Source: Acidobacteriota bacterium (GTDB taxonomy: Bacteria; Acidobacteriota; Terriglobia; Terriglobales; Acidobacteriaceae). Taken from it: a DNA stretch of 64,000 nt. Location: contig QIAM01000015.1 in NCBI GenBank assembly GCA_003225555.1, positions 34,924-98,923 of the forward strand, in the 5' to 3' direction. Positions within the stretch are counted from its first letter, which is position 1. Each line of letters starts with the position of its first letter. This document shows, piece after piece, positions 43,007 to 51,150 of the stretch. The notes beneath the pieces are model-generated. The model saw nothing but the letters and a program-made list of their open reading frames with translations. It searched no databases and was not told the origin of the DNA. Made by a program: the position numbers and the translations under genes.

Positions 43007-45229
43007 TCAAGCTCGCTGTGTTCCGCCCAACGCCTGTAGCGCCGCCACAATTTTCCCCGACCACTGCGCCACCTCATCTTCGCGCAGCGTGCGCTCGCTG
43101 GATTGAAATGTGGATCGCAAGAGAATCGAGTACTTGCCGGCGTCGATCGCGCCCCCACGGAAAATCTCGACTGGCCGGAAATCGCGCAATTCATCCAGCC
43201 GCAAATGATTCACCGTTTTCCGCATCTCCTCAAACGATACCGAATCCGCAAAGATGAACGAGAAATCCCGCTCCACCGCTGGATACTTCGGAAGCGTCCT
43301 GAACTGCGCCTTGCGCAAACCGCGCTGGTAGAGCTTTTCCAGATCAAGCTCTGCGAGGAACACATCCTGCCGCAGCTTTTGAGCGGCGGCGACATCCGGA
43401 TGAATCTGGCCAAACTGCGCCAACACAGTTCCCTCGACCAACGCGCGTGCCGCCCGTCCGGGATGAAAATACTCAGCCACCTGCCGGTCAAAAATAAGTT
43501 CGCTGGAATCAAATGCCGCAAGCAGATTTTCCACGTCACCTTTAAACGAGCGGAACGCCTCTGCAGCGGCGGCCCGGTCTCCCTTACTCACGTCCAGAAC
43601 CGCGCCCTGCTGGAACGAGCCCTGCACCGCCGTGAGCGTCGCGCCCAGACAGGCTCGCCGGGGCTCAATCCGTTCTCCGGTTGCTGATAGCTCGTAGACG
43701 CGTCCCATTTCAAACAGCCGCACGTCTTCGGTATCGCGGTTGAGGTTCCAGGCCAGCATGTCGAGCATGCCCGGAATCATCGAAGTCCTCATTACCGAGG
43801 CCTCTTCGCTCAACGGATTCTCCAGTTCCAGAACTTTCGCGCCCGCCGAGAGAGAAGAAAACTTTTCCGCATCCGCATGCGAGATGAAGGTCAGCGACAC
43901 TGCCTCGTTGTATCCAAGCGCAAGCGCCCGCTGCCGCAACGTGGCTTCCTTAGCCGCATCGGGCAACTCGATCACTGCTCCGCTGTACGCGGGCAAGGTA
44001 TTTTCGAACTTGTCGTAACCGTGCAGCCGCGCGATCTCTTCGATCAAATCAATCTCGCGCTCCACGTCCAGCCGCCAGCTGGGGATATGTACGCGGAACT
44101 GGGCGTCAGCCTGCCCCTCGGGAATCAGCTCGAACCCCAACTTTTTCAAGATGCGAAAAATCTCTCCCGCATCGACCTTGCCCCCCAAAATCCGCTGCGC
44201 CTCGGAGACACGGAGCACGACCGGCGCCTGATCCATTTTCTTTGAGGCCACATCCACGACGTCGCCCACCAACTCACCGCCACCAGATTCAAGAATCAGT
44301 TCCGCAACCCGGTCACAAGAGAGCACGGTGGATTCAAAGTCCGCGCCGCGCTCGAAGCGGTGGGAGGCATCAGTGTGCAGCGCGTGCCGCCGCGACGCCT
44401 TGCGAATGGTCACGGGATCCCACCACGCCGACTCGATCAGGATGTTGCGCGTCTTCTCGGTGATCATGGTGTCGTAGCCGCCCATCACGCCGGCAAGGCC
44501 GACAGGCTTTTTGGCGTCGGCGACGACAAGGTCTTCCGAAGTCAGCTTGCGCTCGACGCCATCGAGTGTCTTGAGCATCTCGCCGTTTCTAGCCTTGCGA
44601 ACGATGATCTTGCCGCCTTCGAGCAGATCGAGATCGAACACGTGCGTCGGCTTCCCGATCTCCCAGAGAACGTAGTTGGTGGCGTCGACGGCGTTGCTGA
44701 TCGGCCGCTGGTCAAGTAATTGCAACCGGTGCGCGATTTTCTGTGGCGAGGGTTTGATGCGAGTGCCGCGTATGACCCGCCCCGTAAAACGCGGACACAG
44801 TTGCGGCTCCTCCACAGTGATCGGGAAAGGCGCGGACCCGACGGCCACTGTCTCAGTCGTGCTCTGAGTCTGCTTCGAAGCAGCGCCACCAGCCTGTTTT
44901 GAAAGGGTGTCACGAGCCTGCTTTGAAAGGGCGCGGCTTCCAGCCGCGCCGTGAGAGCCAGAAGGAGACGCGGCTTTAGCCGCTGAGGTCAGCTTGGGCT
45001 CGATCGGCTTAAGCGGCAGATCATAAATGGCCGCAGCCTCGCGCGCGACTCCGTAGTGGTTCATCGCGTCGGGACGGTTGGTGCCGATCTCCATCTCGAA
45101 ATCAGTGTCCGCGCCGGAGCCGGTGATGCCTTCGACGGCAATGCCGACATTGGTCAAGTCTTCGGCCAAGCGCCGGTCGTCGACGGTCAGATCGACATAG
45201 TCGCGAACCCACTGTGGAGAAAGTTTCAT
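43007..45229 (-). CDS. pheT: phenylalanine--tRNA ligase beta subunit (740 aa, no OB-fold tRNA-binding domain)
   Basis: MKLSPQWVRDYV..., B3/4, B5 and C-terminal FDX-ACB-like regions. Directly downstream of pheS. Confidence 0.92.
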   Translation of the reverse strand: MKLSPQWVRDYVDLTVDDRRLAEDLTNVGIAVEGITGSGADTDFEMEIGTNRPDAMNHYGVAREAAAIYDLPLKPIEPKLTSAAKAASPSGSHGAAGSRALSKQARDTLSKQAGGAASKQTQSTTETVAVGSAPFPITVEEPQLCPRFTGRVIRGTRIKPSPQKIAHRLQLLDQRPISNAVDATNYVLWEIGKPTHVFDLDLLEGGKIIVRKARNGEMLKTLDGVERKLTSEDLVVADAKKPVGLAGVMGGYDTMITEKTRNILIESAWWDPVTIRKASRRHALHTDASHRFERGADFESTVLSCDRVAELILESGGGELVGDVVDVASKKMDQAPVVLRVSEAQRILGGKVDAGEIFRILKKLGFELIPEGQADAQFRVHIPSWRLDVEREIDLIEEIARLHGYDKFENTLPAYSGAVIELPDAAKEATLRQRALALGYNEAVSLTFISHADAEKFSSLSAGAKVLELENPLSEEASVMRTSMIPGMLDMLAWNLNRDTEDVRLFEMGRVYELSATGERIEPRRACLGATLTAVQGSFQQGAVLDVSKGDRAAAAEAFRSFKGDVENLLAAFDSSELIFDRQVAEYFHPGRAARALVEGTVLAQFGQIHPDVAAAQKLRQDVFLAELDLEKLYQRGLRKAQFRTLPKYPAVERDFSFIFADSVSFEEMRKTVNHLRLDELRDFRPVEIFRGGAIDAGKYSILLRSTFQSSERTLREDEVAQWSGKIVAALQALGGTQRA
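44892..44988. repeat. dual-hairpin REP-like element (ttgaaagg...gcggctttagccgctgagg) inside the pheT coding sequence
   Basis: ctttgaaagggcgcggcttccagccgcgccg...gcggctttagccgctgagg is near-identical in architecture to intergenic 46707-46778. A partial tandem copy cctgttttgaaaggg lies upstream. Confidence 0.8.
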
Positions 45230-45292
45230 GAAAATCAGTTTTCAGCCATCAGCCCCAACCAAATCTGAAGATTCACCGAGGTGCCGCACGCG

Positions 45293-45336
45293 AGATCCTT
45301 CGCTCCGCCTGAAGAACGGTTGCGCTCAGGATGACG
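45293..45336. repeat. gtcatcctgagcg...cgaaggatc element (reverse orientation)
   Basis: gatccttcgctccgcctgaagaacggttgcgctcaggatgac. Lies in the pheS/pheT spacer. Confidence 0.7.
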
Positions 45337-45382
45337 CCGTCAATGTATGGCCTAAGATTCCAGCTCGCTCTCGACCTGTTAG

Positions 45383-45411
45383 CCAACGACCAACGACTAC
45401 CGACCAACGAC
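45383..45411. repeat. ccaacga-motif low-complexity single arm
   Basis: ccaacgaccaacgactaccgaccaacgac, ending 5 nt before the pheS stop codon. Confidence 0.5.
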
Positions 45412-45415
45412 TGCT

Positions 45416-46543
45416 TCACGCAAACTGCTGCAAAAACCTCACGTCCCCCTGAAAGAACAGCTGCAAATCATCCACGCTATATTTCAACAAAGCCAGCCGA
45501 TCCACGCCCATGCCGAAAGCGAATCCCGAAACCTTCTTCGGGTCGTACCCGTTGTCCTTTACAAACTCAAACACGTTCGGATCGACCATGCCGCAACCCA
45601 GCACCTCAATCCATCCCGTCTGCTTGCACGGACGGCATGGATCGGAACCGCGCTTCCCGCTTCCGCCGCAGATGAAGCAGGTCACATACAACTCCGCACT
45701 GGGCTCGGTGAAGGGGAAGAATGATGGGCGGAAATGGGTCTTCACCGAAGACCCGAACAGCGCCTTCATCGCGTGATCGAGCGTGCCTTTCAGATCGCCA
45801 AACGTGATGTTGGTGTCCACTGCCAGTCCCTCGATCTGATGAAACATGGGCGAGTGACTAGCATCCGGAGGATCGTTGCGATGCACCTGCCCTGGAATCA
45901 CGATGCGAATCGGCGGCCGCATCTTCTCCATGGTGCGAATCTGCACCGGAGAAGTATGCGTCCGCAGCAGCAGCCGCTCACGCTGCGGCTTCGATTGTTG
46001 ATTGGCGATGAAGAGCGTGTCCTGCGTGTCACGTGCGGGATGGTTCGGGGGGAAATTCAGGGCCTCGAAATTGTAGTAGTCGGTTTCGACCACCGGACCA
46101 TCTGCTACGGAATACCCCAGCTTCTGGAACACGGAGACGATCTCGTTCATGGTGCGGATGATGGGATGCTCGGCACCGATCGGGCGGCGGATTCCGGGGA
46201 GAGTGATGTCCACAAAGACCGAGGACACACGATCATAGATCTGGGCTCTGTGCCGATAATCACGTTCCGTGCTTTCAATTAGTTCATGAATGCGTACCTT
46301 TAGCTCATTGACACGAAACCCGGCCTCGCGCTTTGCCTCTTTGGGCGCACCTTTCAACCACGAGTCGTTAATCTGCGTAAGGATCCCGTTCTTGCGGGCC
46401 AGCCAGCGGTCACGAAATGCTTTCAGCTCTGCCTCGTTTTGGATCGACGCAGCCTCGGCGGTACCCGAACGGATGCACTCGCCGGTAGCGTGCTCCAGCG
46501 CCGCCGCCGAGTAATCCGTTAATTTGGGAACGGTGTATGCCAC
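45416..46543 (-). CDS. pheS: phenylalanine--tRNA ligase alpha subunit
   Basis: HPARDTQDTLF, LLRTHTSPVQIR, FRPSFFPFTEPS, GFAFGMGVDRLA. Confidence 0.96.
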   Translation of the reverse strand: MAYTVPKLTDYSAAALEHATGECIRSGTAEAASIQNEAELKAFRDRWLARKNGILTQINDSWLKGAPKEAKREAGFRVNELKVRIHELIESTERDYRHRAQIYDRVSSVFVDITLPGIRRPIGAEHPIIRTMNEIVSVFQKLGYSVADGPVVETDYYNFEALNFPPNHPARDTQDTLFIANQQSKPQRERLLLRTHTSPVQIRTMEKMRPPIRIVIPGQVHRNDPPDASHSPMFHQIEGLAVDTNITFGDLKGTLDHAMKALFGSSVKTHFRPSFFPFTEPSAELYVTCFICGGSGKRGSDPCRPCKQTGWIEVLGCGMVDPNVFEFVKDNGYDPKKVSGFAFGMGVDRLALLKYSVDDLQLFFQGDVRFLQQFA

Positions 46544-46560
46544 GACTAAACCATACGCGT

Positions 46561-46644
46561 TGTCATCCTGAGCGCGCTCTTTGCGCGAAGGACCTATGCA
46601 CCTCCGGCGGACTGCACAGTTTCTTCGCTTCGCTCAGAATGACA
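46561..46644. repeat. inverted pair of gtcatcctgagcg elements (hairpin)
   Basis: tgtcatcctgagcgcgctctttgcgcgaaggacctatgca ... tgcacagtttcttcgcttcgctcagaatgaca. Confidence 0.8.
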
Positions 46645-46706
46645 AGTCGAGTAGAGCGCTTGGCGGCACGGCTAGAAGAGACTGCGGAAAAAATCGTTGC
46701 AGAGTC

Positions 46707-46778
46707 TCTTTGAAAGGTGCGGCTTCAAGCCGCGCCGCTAAGTCCAAAGTATCTTTGCGGCTTTTAGCCGCTGAGGGA
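46707..46778. repeat. dual-hairpin REP-like element (intergenic copy)
   Basis: ctttgaaaggtgcggcttcaagccgcgccg...gcggcttttagccgctgagg. Lies in the rplT/pheS spacer. Confidence 0.8.
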
Positions 46779-46873
46779 CTCTGGCCAAATGCAAATTGAG
46801 TTTTTCTGCAACCTCTAAAAGCCGTGCCCATCCCGGAACTTCGAAGTTAAATGCTGATAGCTGACGACTGGTT

Positions 46874-47239
46874 CTACGCTGCCCCGCCGAGTGCACCCTT
46901 CGCCTGCTCGGCGAGGCTCTTAAACCCGGCTGGATCTTTGACCGCCACATCGGCAAGGATCTTGCGATCGAGTTCAACGCCCGCCACCTTCAGCCCGTGG
47001 ATGAACTGGTTGTAGCTCATTCCGTTCAGCTTGGCGGCGGCGCCGATGCGCACGATCCATAGCGAGCGGAACTGCCGCTTGCGCTGCTTGCGTCCGGAGT
47101 AGGCGAACTTCAGGCCGCGCTCGACGGCTTCTTTCGCGGAGCGATAGAGCTTGGATTTTGTGAGGAAGTATCCGCTGGCGCGGTCTAATATCTTTTTGCG
47201 CTTGGCGCGGCGTTTGGTTCCGCGTTTTACACGAGGCAT
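46874..47239 (-). CDS. rplT: 50S ribosomal protein L20
   Basis: [18 protein letters not shown]...YRDRRQRKR-like core and WIVRI motif. Confidence 0.96.
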   Translation of the reverse strand: MPRVKRGTKRRAKRKKILDRASGYFLTKSKLYRSAKEAVERGLKFAYSGRKQRKRQFRSLWIVRIGAAAKLNGMSYNQFIHGLKVAGVELDRKILADVAVKDPAGFKSLAEQAKGALGGAA

Positions 47240-47333
47240 GGTGTTCTCCTTTTTGCTTTCAATTTAACGGCGGCTGGAGGTAAGGAAGATTCGCCGTGCG
47301 GCGATCTCTGGCCTCTTCACACGCCGGAACCTG

Positions 47334-47410
47334 TGGCCAGTGTTCGGTGGCCAGTGATCAGAAAAACCGGTTGCGATTTTCTGACCACTGATCACTGGCC
47401 ACTGACCACT
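47334..47410. repeat. long imperfect inverted repeat (hairpin element), ccagtg-motif class, rpmI/rplT junction
   Basis: gtggccagtgttcggtggccagtgatcag - 19-nt loop - ctgaccactgatcactggccactgaccac. Ends 4 nt from the rpmI stop. Confidence 0.8.
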
Positions 47411-47413
47411 GCT

Positions 47414-47611
47414 TCACTGGTACGGAATCATGCGCAACACTTTCTTGAGATCCCCATCGCTCACCAGAGCGGACGATCCCAGCTTGCGCTTCCGCTTTGT
47501 ATCCTTCGAGGTCAAGATGTGGCGCAGATGCGAACGCCCGCGCTTCACCTTGCCGGTTGCAGTCTTCTTGAAGCGCTTGGCAGCGCCTTTGTGTGTTTTC
47601 AGTTTCGGCAT
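47414..47611 (-). CDS. rpmI: 50S ribosomal protein L35
   Basis: [24 protein letters not shown]... Confidence 0.96.
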   Translation of the reverse strand: MPKLKTHKGAAKRFKKTATGKVKRGRSHLRHILTSKDTKRKRKLGSSALVSDGDLKKVLRMIPYQ

Positions 47612-47693
47612 AAGTCCTCAAACGCAGCTGTCAGCTCTCCGCCGTCAGCTTTCAGTAAGCATTGCCAGTTGTTGGATTCGACTCGCGTCTGGC

Positions 47694-48302
47694 CTACGAC
47701 GCGGGTTTGGCGACCTGCGCCGCTGGCTGGCTCGGGTTGGGAGCACTATGTGCCGCAGCCTTTTGCCGTTCCTTTTCTCGTTCTTTCTCCGACTTCTTCG
47801 GTGCCAGGATCGCGTGCAGTGTGTTGCCTTCCTGCCGCGGACGAAACTCCACAATGCTGTGCGGTTCCACGTCCTTAATCAGCCGCTCCAGAATCTGGCG
47901 TCCCAGGCTGGTGCGGGTCATTTCGCGGCCACGGAAAAAGATGGTCGCCTTGACCTTGTCGCCCTCATCCAGGAAGCGCAGTACGTGATTCTTTTTGGTC
48001 TCGTAATCGTGGTCGTCCACGTTGATTCGGAATTTGACCTCTTTTACGGTGATCGTTTTTTGATGCTTCTTGGCTTCGCGCTCTTTCTTTTCCTGCTGGT
48101 AGAGATACTTCCCGTAGTCCATGATGCGGCACACGGGAGGCTGCGCGGTGGGCGAAATCTCAACCAAGTCCAGATTCTGTTCGCGGGCTTTCTTGAGGGC
48201 TTCGTAGGGCGGCATGATGCCAAGCTGCTGCCCGTCGTCATCAATCACGCGGATTTCGCGCGCCCGAATGCGATCGTTGGTGCGGATAAAACGTTTATCG
48301 AT
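47694..48302 (-). CDS. infC: translation initiation factor IF-3, non-canonical ATC start
   Basis: The conserved N-terminal segment IRTNDRIRAREIRVIDDDGQQLGI lies upstream of the first GTG (48248). The frame is open only back to TAG 48318-48320. The only SD-served start is ATC 48300-48302. Confidence 0.88.
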   Translation of the reverse strand: MDKRFIRTNDRIRAREIRVIDDDGQQLGIMPPYEALKKAREQNLDLVEISPTAQPPVCRIMDYGKYLYQQEKKEREAKKHQKTITVKEVKFRINVDDHDYETKKNHVLRFLDEGDKVKATIFFRGREMTRTSLGRQILERLIKDVEPHSIVEFRPRQEGNTLHAILAPKKSEKEREKERQKAAAHSAPNPSQPAAQVAKPAS

Positions 48303-48312
48303 ACAGTCCTCC
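48300..48312 (-). promoter_or_regulatory. infC translation initiation region: GGAGGA SD plus ATC start codon
   Basis: Minus strand GGAGGActgtATC. No ATG/GTG/TTG/CTG in frame between the upstream TAG and GTG 48248. Confidence 0.6.
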
Positions 48313-48338
48313 GTGCTCTAAGCGACTGAGAATAAAGA

Positions 48339-48347
48339 ATTATAGCA
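48339..48347 (-). promoter_or_regulatory. extended -10 promoter candidate for infC
   Basis: Minus strand reads TGcTATAAT. No convincing -35. About 35 nt upstream of the ATC start. Confidence 0.3.
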
Positions 48348-48460
48348 TGCGCTACGCAGTGGTCCGTTGCCAGTTACGAATCCGCGATTGCATCCTTATG
48401 GCGAGAATCAAAAAGAACTGCCCATTCGCCTGGGTTGAAAGGAAAGGCCAAGTTCGCGCC

Positions 48461-48517
48461 GGAGAAAAAGGCCCGCCGAACGGACACAGAATTCAACGAG
48501 GGTTGAAGTTCGGCGGG
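48461..48517 (-). terminator. minus-strand intrinsic terminator-like hairpin with T5 tract
   Basis: Minus strand: cccgccgaacttcaac-cctc-gttgaa-(10-nt bulge)-gttcggcggg followed by cctttttctcc. The plus-strand orientation has no U-tract. Confidence 0.4.
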
Positions 48518-48741
48518 TTGGGAGAGAGTGTTGGTACTTGACCTTCGGACTCTAGGGGTGGATAGAAATCTGCTCAATACCGTCCGGACAGTAGACAGGA
48601 CGTTTGGCGTATCTTGGCGCTTTTGCGGCGTACGCTTTCGAGCATAAGAAAGGAGGACTTCAAGCTCACACCATTTCGGAGCCGCAGCAGTCCTAACATA
48701 ATGTCAGCTTCCCTTCAGTGCTACTACCGCATCTGAGGGAC

Positions 48742-48888
48742 ATGCAACCCGTGGCAGCCTTTCCTCAGTTGGAGTTCCGCACTCCCGCCGAACCTATGCC
48801 TCCTCCCATCAAGGAACCGACCGAGCCTCCCGAAAATCCGGATGTTCCGCTGCGGGAACCCGATCCCGAAGAGCCGGCGCAGATCTGA
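48742..48888 (+). CDS. possible small proline/glutamate-rich protein (48 aa); strand ambiguous
   Basis: MQPVAAFPQLEFRTPAEPMPPPIKEPTEPPENPDVPLREPDPEEPAQI. GAGGGA sits 1 nt before the ATG (10 nt before in-frame GTG 48751). A mirror-image Gly/Ser-rich ORF exists on the minus strand (48765..48899). Confidence 0.3.
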   Translation: MQPVAAFPQLEFRTPAEPMPPPIKEPTEPPENPDVPLREPDPEEPAQI

Positions 48889-48997
48889 CCTTTGTTCATC
48901 GATAAGCAGGGCCCGTCCCCACTCAAGCCAAAACCGGGCCTTGAATGGGCCACCCGTCCGCAGTACTTTTGTGGTTCGAGCCTGCGCAGGGATTTCC

Positions 48998-49026
48998 TTG
49001 ACACGCGAAAGCGGTCACGATATTGT
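48998..49026 (+). promoter_or_regulatory. sigma70-like promoter for the transglutaminase-like gene pair
   Basis: TTGACA (48998-49003), 17-nt spacer, TATTGT (49021-49026). About 110 nt upstream of ATG 49135. Confidence 0.45.
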
Positions 49027-49134
49027 CCGGAGCCATAAGTCCGGGCCCCTGAACGTGGGCACCGTGGTAAGCCGTACGGCCTTTGCTTTCCCCCTTCAGG
49101 CTGGCGACTGCCGCGGCCGGCTGAATTCCCACAG

Positions 49135-51150
49135 GTGAAATGTGCCATGACAACCCCCCGGTCGTTTTCTATTTCTAGCGCCGTTACTTCTCTCTTACTC
49201 ACCGCCCTGTTGATCCTCGCTTTGTTGAGTCCAACGCTGGCTCGCGCCGGGGTTGGATTTCAGCCGGTCGTGCCGGAAGAACTGAAGATGACGAGCGAAC
49301 CGCAGGCTGCGGGCGCGCCGGCCATCATCTTGTTCCGACAGGTAGATCGTGACGACAATGGCCGGACCTCGCACGAGGACAACTACTACCGGGTCAAGAT
49401 TCTGACAGAAGAAGGACGAAAGCAGGCGGATGTCGAGATTCCGTTTTACAAGGGAAACAATGTCGTAGGCGTGCACGCCCGCACCATCCGGCCCGACGGC
49501 TCGATTGCGGAGTTCGACGGGAAGGTTTACGAGAAAACGATCGCGAAGGCGCGGGGCTTGAAGTATTCCGCGAAGACTTTCACCCTTCCCGACGTTCAGG
49601 TGGACAGCGTCATCGAGTACTACTACACGTTGGACTTGCAAGAATACTCTCTCTACGCCTCGAACTGGATTCTGACTGACGAGTTGTTCACCAAAGTTGC
49701 CAGATTTTCACTAAAGCCTTACCGCAGCACCTTCGAGAATCCGTTTCGTCTTCGCTGGACTTGGCAGGGATTGCCGCCAGGCACCGCCCAACCCGCGGAA
49801 GGGCCCGACCACATCATTCGCCTGGAAGCTCACAACGTTCCTGCCTTCCAGACTGAGGATTTCATGCCCCCGGAGAACGAGTTGAAGTCACGGGTAGACT
49901 TCATTTACTCGGAGGACGATCCGGAATCGGACCCCGCCAAGTTTTGGCAGAAGGTTGGTAAGAAGTGGAACGGCTCCCTGGAAAGCTTTATTGGGAAACG
50001 CAAGGCAATGGAAGAGGTTGTGGGTCAGATCGTTTCTCCAAACGACCCGCCCGAAGTGAAATTGCGAAAAATCTATGACCGGGTGCAGGCGATCCGCAAT
50101 ATTTCGTACGAGCTGCGAAAAACCGAGCAGGAGGAAAAGCGGGAGAAAGAGAAACCTCCCGCGAACGTAGAGGAACTTTGGAAGCGCGGCTATGGATACG
50201 GAGGGCAGCTGACCTGGCTGTACCTGGCACTAGTGAAGGCCGCTGGATTTGAGGCGTACGGATGCTGGGTTTCGGATCGAAGCAATTACTTCTTCAACCA
50301 GAGGATGATGCAGAGCAAAAAACTGGACGCGAACGTCGTCCTGGTCAAGGTAAACGGCAAAGATATGTATTTTGATCCGGGCGCAGCGTTTACACCCTTT
50401 GGATTGCTGACCTGGTCGGAGACAGGTGTTGATGGCCTACGGATGGACAAGGATGGGGGAACCTGGATCAAGACCACACTCCCGGCGAGTTCGGAATCTC
50501 AGATTCATCGCGAGGCGAAGCTGAAACTGTCTGACACGGGCGACCTGGAAGGGACGCTGAAGGTCACCTACACCGGACTGGAAGCCATGTACCGGAGGTT
50601 GGAGCAGCGGAACTCTGATGATGTCACGCGGAAAAAGTTCCTGGAAGATCAGTTGAAGGAACAGGTGCCCGCAGCCGCCGAACTGGAATTGACCAATAAG
50701 CCGGACTGGGCTAGCACCGAAACGCCTTTGATTGCAGAACTGAATCTGAAGGTTTCCGGTTGGGCATCGAGCGCGGGAAAGCGCGTCATGCTGCCCGTCG
50801 GTTTTTTTACTGCCGGGGAAAAGCGCGTCTTTGAACATGGCAATCGCGTTCACCCGATCTACTTTGAGTATCCGCACCAGAAAGTGGACGACGTGACCGT
50901 GGAACTTCCGCAGGGCTGGCAGGTGAGCAGCACTCCTCCTGCGCAAACACAAGACGGACACATTATCGTTTACACCTTGAAGGTGGAGAACGGTAACGGA
51001 ACAGTGCATGTGGTACGAACGTTAAACTTCGATATTCTGCTGCTTGATCAGAAGTACTATCCCGCGCTGCGGAACTTTTTCCAAGTAGTGAGGATCGGCG
51101 ATGAAGAACAAATGTTATTGCAGCCCGCTTCTGCAAGCGCTCGCAACTAG
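49135..51150 (+). CDS. secreted DUF3857/transglutaminase-like/DUF3858-type protein, catalytic Cys and His substituted
   Basis: Signal peptide and DUF3857-like N-domain. The core aligns to the downstream paralogue, but GDC becomes GGQ and NHV becomes ANV. The YFDPG Asp is kept. Confidence 0.75.
   Translation: MKCAMTTPRSFSISSAVTSLLLTALLILALLSPTLARAGVGFQPVVPEELKMTSEPQAAGAPAIILFRQVDRDDNGRTSHEDNYYRVKILTEEGRKQADVEIPFYKGNNVVGVHARTIRPDGSIAEFDGKVYEKTIAKARGLKYSAKTFTLPDVQVDSVIEYYYTLDLQEYSLYASNWILTDELFTKVARFSLKPYRSTFENPFRLRWTWQGLPPGTAQPAEGPDHIIRLEAHNVPAFQTEDFMPPENELKSRVDFIYSEDDPESDPAKFWQKVGKKWNGSLESFIGKRKAMEEVVGQIVSPNDPPEVKLRKIYDRVQAIRNISYELRKTEQEEKREKEKPPANVEELWKRGYGYGGQLTWLYLALVKAAGFEAYGCWVSDRSNYFFNQRMMQSKKLDANVVLVKVNGKDMYFDPGAAFTPFGLLTWSETGVDGLRMDKDGGTWIKTTLPASSESQIHREAKLKLSDTGDLEGTLKVTYTGLEAMYRRLEQRNSDDVTRKKFLEDQLKEQVPAAAELELTNKPDWASTETPLIAELNLKVSGWASSAGKRVMLPVGFFTAGEKRVFEHGNRVHPIYFEYPHQKVDDVTVELPQGWQVSSTPPAQTQDGHIIVYTLKVENGNGTVHVVRTLNFDILLLDQKYYPALRNFFQVVRIGDEEQMLLQPASASARN

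Noticed and set aside
48968-48995. GGTTCGAGCC resembling a tRNA T-loop.
   Set aside because: Flanking bases cannot form a T-stem or acceptor stem (tgtgg / ctgcg are not complementary). No cloverleaf could be drawn, and no tRNA was found elsewhere in the window.
48765-49202. 145-aa minus-strand ORF spanning the gap upstream of the transglutaminase-like genes.
   Set aside because: It runs across the plus-strand promoter and into the start of the 49135 gene. It has Arg/Gly/Ser-rich composition and no SD. Only its C-terminal 44-aa Gly-rich part is retained, as an alternative reading in a finding.
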